DNA of 55,414 bases, the filler included, from Basidiobolus ranarum (Eukaryota): the NCBI GenBank assembly GCA_040143965.1. It is 2 parts of 2 records of this genome, joined end to end, with 100 filler letters (N's around TTAATTAATTAA, not from the genome) between each part and the next. Parts side by side here need not be neighbours in the genome. Positions count along the whole stretch, not along the records: positions 27,858 to 55,414 come from JASJQH010006996.1; 1 more part is not named here. One strand, written 5' to 3'. The translations under genes were made by a program, and so were the position numbers. The notes beneath the pieces are model-generated. The model was not told the origin of the DNA. It made no database searches and saw only the letters and a list, made by a program, of their open reading frames with translations. Each line of letters opens with the position of its first letter. The first letter of the stretch is position 1. Below, piece after piece: positions 48,259 through 55,414 of this stretch.

Positions 48259-49616
48259 ATAGTAGTAGTCACTAATTCAACATATGTTTACGTAACCTTC
48301 TAGGATTACCATCCTTACCCAAACGAATTTCCTCTAAATACCCGCTCAAGCTCAATATAATATTGCTTGAATTTCGATTGCCTTCATGGATACTTAGGCA
48401 TCATTAAACAATTCCCTTTTTCAATATTGTTATTTTTTGTAACTGTGAGGTCAATATATCTTTTTAAATTAAACTGACGCCGAAGTTTAAAGCGTAACTA
48501 AAATTCTTGGGCCATTACTTTGGTTTGTGTTTGCCATGGTATGCTATTTGAGGCAGAAACACCTTACGATTCTTATTAACTTGGATGGCTTTTCTTCCTT
48601 CAAGCTGTTCTAGAGAAAGAAGCATTTGACAAATAAAACTCAATATCTAAACCAATAGGACGAATCACTTGTTAGGAAGTGTGAAGAGAGGTTACGTCGA
48701 TTGGAAGCTAGTCAGGGAATCATGAGATATTTATGAGGCAAACTGAATCAACAGTGAAAGGCTCGAGTTGAGTAAAAATTTAGGTAGAGATCACTTGCCC
48801 ATATAAAGCGAATGGGTGTGTGTATACAGCTTCAAAGATCTCATTGATACAACTCCTCAAGTTATCTCTACAGTACCCTACTGTAAATGAAGCCCATTGC
48901 GGTATATAGTAGCTGACTGTACTATAACACTTGTTATTCACATCAGTTCTTCAATTATTAGTCCAAGGTACATTAAATGAGCTTTAGTCCGAAATACTAC
49001 CTATGCACAAAGTTCCACTTGAGAGTGCTTTGTATACTGGAATGTATAGAACCGCTGTATTACGCTGGTCATCCACTGTAGCTGTCTTTAGGAGTTTCGT
49101 CATTATCACCTCTTGGAACACTGTGATATATATTCTGATACTAGTAGCTTGGCACTAACCTTAGATTATGTTGAAACCATTGACTCTGACTCACCTAGTG
49201 ACTGTAAGTGCAAACTAAACATGTGTTTACTAGACAAGTACTTATTCCCAAACTCCATACATATCCAAAATATAATCACTAAATTATGACGGAGATTCTG
49301 CTAGTCGCATAAAGAGATGGGTTTTTTTTCTACTTAGCCTTCAAAAAGACTGAAAATATGTAAATCCTGATATTTACATCGAAGGTCGACGTAATCAACT
49401 GAAATTCCGATTTACTAAGAATTTTCATATTATAATTTTATAGAAGTGGGATTGTATTAGTTTGGCTAGGAAAGAGGGATATTTTTCTTAGTTTCTAACA
49501 TACAGTTGTTGCTACCACTTGTTTCTTGATATCTCGTATTCATATCGTATATACAAAAAGAATAGCTTAAAAAGTCACCCACACATAGTCTATATACATT
49601 TCATACTCTCATCAAT

Positions 49617-50658
49617 ATGGCTAGAAGATACGATTCAAGAACCACCATCTTCTCCCCTGAAGGTAATGCCGTTTCACCCCGTGCTACATTTATACACCCC
49701 TTTTACTAACTTGAGATCGCATTTTCAGGTCGTTTGTACCAGGTTGAATATGCTATGGAGGCTATTTCTATGGCTGGAACTGTCATTGGAATTACTGGTA
49801 CAGATGGGATTGTAATCGCTGCTGAACGAAAGGTTACTTCGAAATTATTGGAACAAAGCTCTTCTACTGAAAAGGTTTATGTTCTCGATGAGTAAGTATA
49901 TTTTTACGTTCATTGGATAGTATACTATTCTCCTCGTGACTTGATATATATATTCTAACCGTTGCATTTTAGCAATACTATTTGTGGAGTAGCTGGTATC
50001 ACTTCCGATGCCAACATCCTGATCAATTTCTTACGTCAACGGGCTCAACAATACCTCTTTACGTACGGAGAAGAAATACCAACCGAACAGTTAGTACAGA
50101 AATTGTGTGACTTAAAGCAAGGATATACTCAATATGGCGGTAATATGAATGTGGTTATTAACTCTCGTATAATTAGTATTTATTAACATTCATGTCTTTT
50201 AAGGTATGCGTCCTTTCGGTGTTTCTTTAATCTATGCCGGTTATGATAAGAATTTCGGACTTCAATTGTATCATTCGGATCCATCAGGTAATTACAGTGG
50301 CTGGAAAGCTACTTGTATTGGTGCCAACAACGCTGGAGCCCAATCCATCCTCAAGCAAGATTATCAGGAGGATATGACACTTCAGGGTGCTATTGGTCTT
50401 ACGGTAAAAATCCTCAGCAAGACCCTTGATAATGCCAATCTGACCGGAGAGAAACGTAAGTAGATTGAGCTTAACACAGCCAAAGAATAAGCTGAATCGG
50501 CATATGGAAATTATACTAATTACTTGTTTACATTGCTAGTTGAATTTGCCACCATACGGGTAGTTAATGATAAAGTAGTGCAGAAGATCTACTCCGCTAA
50601 AGAAATCGACGAACTGTTGAAAGAGTTCAAAGATGCTCAAGAGAAAGAGGCCAAATAA
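49617..50658 (+). CDS. PRE9: 20S proteasome subunit alpha 3 (PSMA4)
   Basis: [56 protein letters not shown] and [16 protein letters not shown]. Confidence 0.96.
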
Positions 50659-51595
50659 GCAGATAACTCCAGAAACTCTTCTACGGCAAACATAATAATA
50701 TCGCCTTTTATGTAATTGAAAAAATAAATTCACTATTGTTATTAATATGTCTCCTTGGTACGTCCTTACAACGTGATCATCCTGGGTTCGTTGACATTTT
50801 ATAGTTTTATTAGAGAGGAAGTGTGCCGGAATCATATCAATATTTAAATGAAAGTATGTCTCCTTTTTAGTAAATATCAAAGATAGTAGAGCACGGTAAA
50901 GACATTCTTGAATGAGATGAGGTTTGAGATATTACCATTAGTCCATTCGTAAATGTGTTTACAGGCCATTACTCAAGCATTATGGTTTATTACATTGCCG
51001 AATACATCTTTTTCCGGTGAATCAAGTACATATCACTCTGGGATGTCGTATTTTGCTTAAAAATTCCAAGTATATACACACTACATGAATATCTACCGTT
51101 TTTTTGACACAAAAATGCCAGCATTAAAACACTATTTAACTCAAAGTGTGCGATCGTTTCTGCAGTCTGGATAGTTTTGTGGGAAGGGGAAGGAGGATAC
51201 TTCTGAAAGATATCAAATTCATAAATTCATGGAGAATTGTGGTAAGAGCGAGAGTGGAATCATTGAATAAATTCTACTTTTCTAATTCGAGATTCAAGTT
51301 CTGTCTCAGGAGCAACATTATCAAAATCTATCAATCATGACTTAAAGTATCCACTTCTCGATCACCTACTATTGTATGTGAGTTCATATTCGGATTTATT
51401 GGAGTTTGAAGGTTAAGCAAATGATGCAAACGCAGTGATGGTTGCATTTATAAATATATATTTGCAATGAAATCTTTTTGGAATCCCTGGTAATTTGCAT
51501 TCCAAAAAAAGAGCATGCAGCTGACAAATCTGCTCTTTATTGGCGTAGATACGTTGTCACTGGCATTCATTCTGCTGAAGGAATGTAGGGTTTAT

Positions 51596-53670
51596 TTAAC
51601 ATGCCTCTTCCTCAGGATCTGCTTCTTCAATTAGTATACTGGCACTTGGCCATAGGACTGGCATGTCTTTGATCTTCACACTGTTGGAATTCCACTCGAT
51701 GACTGTTCTAGGAAATGGTGTGACCAAATGGAATGAAAATTCATACACATAGTGAGGAACTGGGTTTGCTTCAACAGGCTCAGAATCACCTCCAATCGAG
51801 AGGGGAAAGGTATCAACGAATGCATAGACATCCTAATGGGGCACGTCAATAAGAGGAGGCTCAAGATTAGGATAAACAATCAAAACCTACCTCCACAGTT
51901 TCATTTCCACGAAATCTACGGATAATTCTTTCTCCATCAGGCATTTTGAAACTCAGTCTTGCTGTTTCCGATTCCTCAGCAGCAGGCTCGCTTGGAATGG
52001 TAGATAGCAGATACTTGCGATATTTCAGGCGATCTTCCTCCAGCTTAAGTCTAGCGGTTTCAATTCTCTCCACCTCTAGGTTGGCCTTCTCAATGCGATC
52101 ACGTTCTTCTCGGGCTTTACGTTCCTATAAAGAGATAAATACTGGAAGTTAGATTTGTCATAATTCCATTGTCCTATATGGTATGACAGCTCTACCTTTT
52201 CTTGGTCGGCCAACAGGCTCTGCTTATATGCTTCATCTTGCTGTTTTCTTATACTTCTACTAGACTCGCGTTCCTGATGTTCTCTTTTCGCACGTTGCAA
52301 TTCAGCAGAGGTACGCTGAAATTGAATGGACAGTCTTTGTACGATGATTTCCGGAGTACTTTGACCTGGAATATCTGATTTTAGTCTCTACAAAGAAAAC
52401 CAACAATCTATCACATTTGTAAGGTGAAGGTATTTATAAGTCTGACCTTGGATTTTCTCAATCAAAGTCATTTTAGACGCACCGCCAGGTGTAGATTGTA
52501 GCCCAATTAGTCCCACGAAAGGTAATTCCCGGGCCTGAAGGGTGTTGCTAACTTGGTGCCCTTCGGATCCTCTGGTATCTCCTCCCCACACTATGACCTC
52601 CTGCTCACGAAGAAAATTCACCAACCTTTCAGAGGCCAAAGTGTCTCTAAAAGATGGCAAAGAAATTATGCATCCAGACCCAGAGTGTGCGTATGATAGT
52701 GTAAAATGACTCACTTACTGGCAAAATGAATTATTGCTTCCTGGGCCATCTGATAGTAAAATGACGAGTAAATATTTGACGTCTCGCTTGGCACGTGATA
52801 GAGCCTGTTGACTTGAAAGTGTAAGACAGATATAACATTCCATTTAGAGATAGGAAATACTTGCATCAGAATACCCGCCTACAAAAAATTCAGGCCTCAC
52901 TCCACCGTGATTTTCTTCAAACTCCTTTATAAACTTCAGTGCAGCAGAACGGGGGTTAATGGGTCTTCCTCGGGTTCGGGTGACAGTATGATTAACGGGA
53001 ACAAATAGCGAGTCTTGGGTGATTTGTTGATGAAATAAGTAACCAATCAGAAGGAAAAGTCTCGAATCAACGGACTACTTACAGAAGAGAGAGAAAAATC
53101 CACTCAAAATGCCCCATATCAGAGTGACAGGAAACGACACAATCGACACAAAAGATAAACCAGGTCGCTACAAACTAAAATGTTGAAGAAATGGTGTTGT
53201 CTGGACAACTGAATAGAGTTTCTTACTGCATAATTCCCAACATTACTAAACAATCACAATTAATATAAGTTTTGGAGAGTTTTTACGGATTATGTAAAAG
53301 CTTACCGTCTCTCATTATTCATCGACTGAGCGGGTGACGTTGTAGATTCCTCTGGAGTATTGCTGTGGTGTCCTTCGTCTAAAAACTCTCTTACAGCATT
53401 CTGAATCATTGCAAGACAGCCCAAACACTTGTTACATTGTGTTGCATTTAAAAAAAAATAGAATATATTCATACCTCAATATTCCAATCATTGTGGCTCA
53501 ACATCAAAACTGCTTTCTCTACATCAGTTATGTTGGTAACTGTCTATAGAAGTCGAGCCTATGTTATCAATACGGAATGTGAATACATCACAAGTCACAT
53601 AAAAGTCACATACTTGAAAATTGGATAATATATCTTCTTGTTCCACCGTCAAAGAATTAGAAGCACTCAT
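51596..53670 (-). CDS. UBA-like + membrane hairpin + UAS + coiled coil + UBX protein (FAF2/UBXD8, Ubx2/Ubx3/Ucp10-like Cdc48 adaptor)
   Basis: MSASNSLTVEQEDILSNFQ...HNDWNIE; hydrophobic FVSIVSFPVTLIWGIL; UAS GGYSDALSRAK...VIVWGGD; QQDEAYKQSLLADQEK; UBX RLSFKMPDGERIIRRF and FPRTV. Confidence 0.88.
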
Positions 53671-54752
53671 GAGCGAAAGTATAGAGTAGATAGTCAAGGA
53701 ATTTAAATTCAACAAAAGCGGTTGAGCCTTTCGAAAGGTAGCAGTCTAAAGAAGCAAGTTGAAGCCACAGGATTATAGCACAAGATTAGGGCGGTAAGTG
53801 ATAAGTGTATGACTAGAATATGCACTTGTATTTACGTAACTGATAATGGGGATTTCCAATTTACATGTGGTGGTTTAGGTGATTTATCATAATGGATTGC
53901 GCTGTGTTACGATCATGACATTCCAAATGTCTTCGTGGAAGTTGGTAGGAGACTGCATATTCATGCAACTAAGGTCAAATATAGTGTTATCACGTTCATC
54001 TGTCTACCATGGCAACACCTGATCGTGATTGTTACAGTGAAAAGAGTCCATGTTCTAAGATTCCCCTAGAATCACTACATAATACCAGACCATGTGAGAA
54101 TGAACAATCGTTGCAAATGAACTAAAATAGTGATTCAAAAGTGTGAGGACAGAATAAGTACTATTAAAGGAGGAAGGAGCCAAGAACGAACAGATACAGC
54201 CAATGCTACTTGTATAAATATTTACATTGTATATAGTGCTACTGGGCCATTGCGTCTTAAATCGTAAATTTGGTGCAAGTATTGTAAGGATAGACGACTA
54301 TATCACTCACAGGATATAGAAATGTGAATGCTTGGATTGGGGAGATTATCTCTACATGATGAATCAATGCATGAAGATAGGAAATAATCATTAGATCTTG
54401 ATTGATCGATTGGTATAGTATCTGTTTTATTACGTTATCAAATACCAGGACAATCTGAATAAAGAAATATTCAGTAACTTATACTTCACTAGTCAAATTG
54501 ATTTGAGAGGAATTACTTTGAGGACGCAGAGGCATTCTAAAAGATATTATTATATTCTGTATCAACTTGAAGAGCCAGCAAGCAGACTATTTGTCAAAAT
54601 ACCAAGCAATGTAATCATTATCTGAAATCAGCATCAATGTGAGCAATATATATTCCTGCAATGATCCGATTACACATATATTTACCTTTACAGAAAATAT
54701 GAGGCATATCTCACTTTACCAATAGATCCATAGCGTCCAGCATCCATTCTAC

Positions 54753-54770
54753 TTAGGGTTAGGGTTAGGG
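54753..54770 (+). repeat. Interstitial telomere-like (TTAGGG)3
   Basis: Perfect TTAGGGTTAGGGTTAGGG followed by GG. Confidence 0.8.
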
Positions 54771-54827
54771 GGAGACAGTCACCAACAGGTGAAATCTTTA
54801 TTTCAAACAAAACAAGGAAGCCATAAT

Positions 54828-55100
54828 TGTTAAAGTATTTGGGAGCCTGTTGCAACTGGTTTGGAGAATTAGAGGAATTGGTGGTTTTCACTTATTGAGC
54901 ATTCAGCTGACATCTATAGTTTTGTCAAGATGTAAATAAACTAACATATAGAATGCGTTAAGAAAGGTCCAAGGAACATGTGTGCAAAGTGTGGGGCTTC
55001 TAACACCAGTTTGAAAAATCTATATATCTGAGAACTTCTAAGTTGGTAAAAATATTCTAAGTAAATTCCAATTAAGAATAATGGATAATATCTTAGTGAA
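54828..55100 (-). mobile_element. LTR family copy, reverse orientation, missing about 60 bp of its 5' end
   Basis: TGTTAAAGTATTTGGGAGCCTGTTG...GGAACATGTGTGCAAAGTGTGGGGCTTCTA...TAATATCTTAGT is collinear with the reverse complement of 34499-34827. Confidence 0.85.
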
Positions 55101-55101
55101 C

Positions 55102-55122
55102 TAAGGGCTAGGGTTAGGGGGG
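55102..55122 (+). repeat. Degenerate telomere-like tract TAAGGG CTAGGG TTAGGG GGG at the LTR truncation point
   Basis: Read directly from the sequence. Confidence 0.65.
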
Positions 55123-55358
55123 ATGAAAAGCACCAGATAGTGCAATATCTATTTATCAATTTAAATAAAGTCAATAAATAAATAAGCCTAGTTAGAATGC
55201 AATATTCATCAATAAAGTCAAGATGTTGACAAAGCTGAGTCTCCTAGTAAGCTAGGCCTAAGAGTATTCCAGATGGGATGGGGCCTATGAAGAGTTTTCC
55301 AGAATGGGTGAAGCCAAAAGTAGAGTTTGCTTAGTGAGCTAGGCCTGAGAGTTGCTAG

Positions 55359-55414
55359 TGTTAAAGTATTTGGGAGCCTGTTGGATGTGGTTTGGAGAAT
55401 TAGAGGAATTGGTG
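55359..55414 (-). mobile_element. LTR family copy (3' end), running off the window
   Basis: TGTTAAAGTATTTGGGAGCCTGTTGG.TGTGGTTTGGAGAATTAGAGGAATTGGTG is near-identical to the start of the 54828 copy. Confidence 0.85.

Overview
Eukaryotic, AT-rich, intron-dense fungal DNA with short, mostly 55-100 nt GT-AG introns and CTAAC-like branch points. Gene structure and protein style suggest an early-diverging fungus (Zoopagomycota/Mucoromycota-like; this is inference). The window is two contigs joined by an artificial N44-TTAATTAATTAA-N44 spacer at 27758-27857. Left contig: divergent RPL21/RPS9, a serine palmitoyltransferase small subunit, Ku70, Sec61-gamma, a Ste50-like SAM-RA adaptor, a Sel1-repeat protein with a presequence-like N-terminus and a CaaX end, a LIM-RhoGAP (Lrg1/Rga1), a decayed GNAT, Ski3, and a GFA1 fragment abutting the 3' half of a PMT4-like gene. 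Right contig: an orphan low-complexity ORF, decayed sequence, a nested cluster of a ~330-bp solo-LTR family with readable 5-bp TSDs, a 2-Cys peroxiredoxin, RPL24, Chs4/Skt5, profilin, MO25/Hym1, proteasome alpha3, a FAF2/Ubx-type protein, and further LTR copies next to TTAGGG tracts. Gene calls come from motif recognition and hand splicing; no database search was run. No clearly novel multi-gene system is demonstrable. The best leads are the dual-signal Sel1 protein, the GFA1/PMT junction, the LTR/TTAGGG repeats and the peroxiredoxin promoter.
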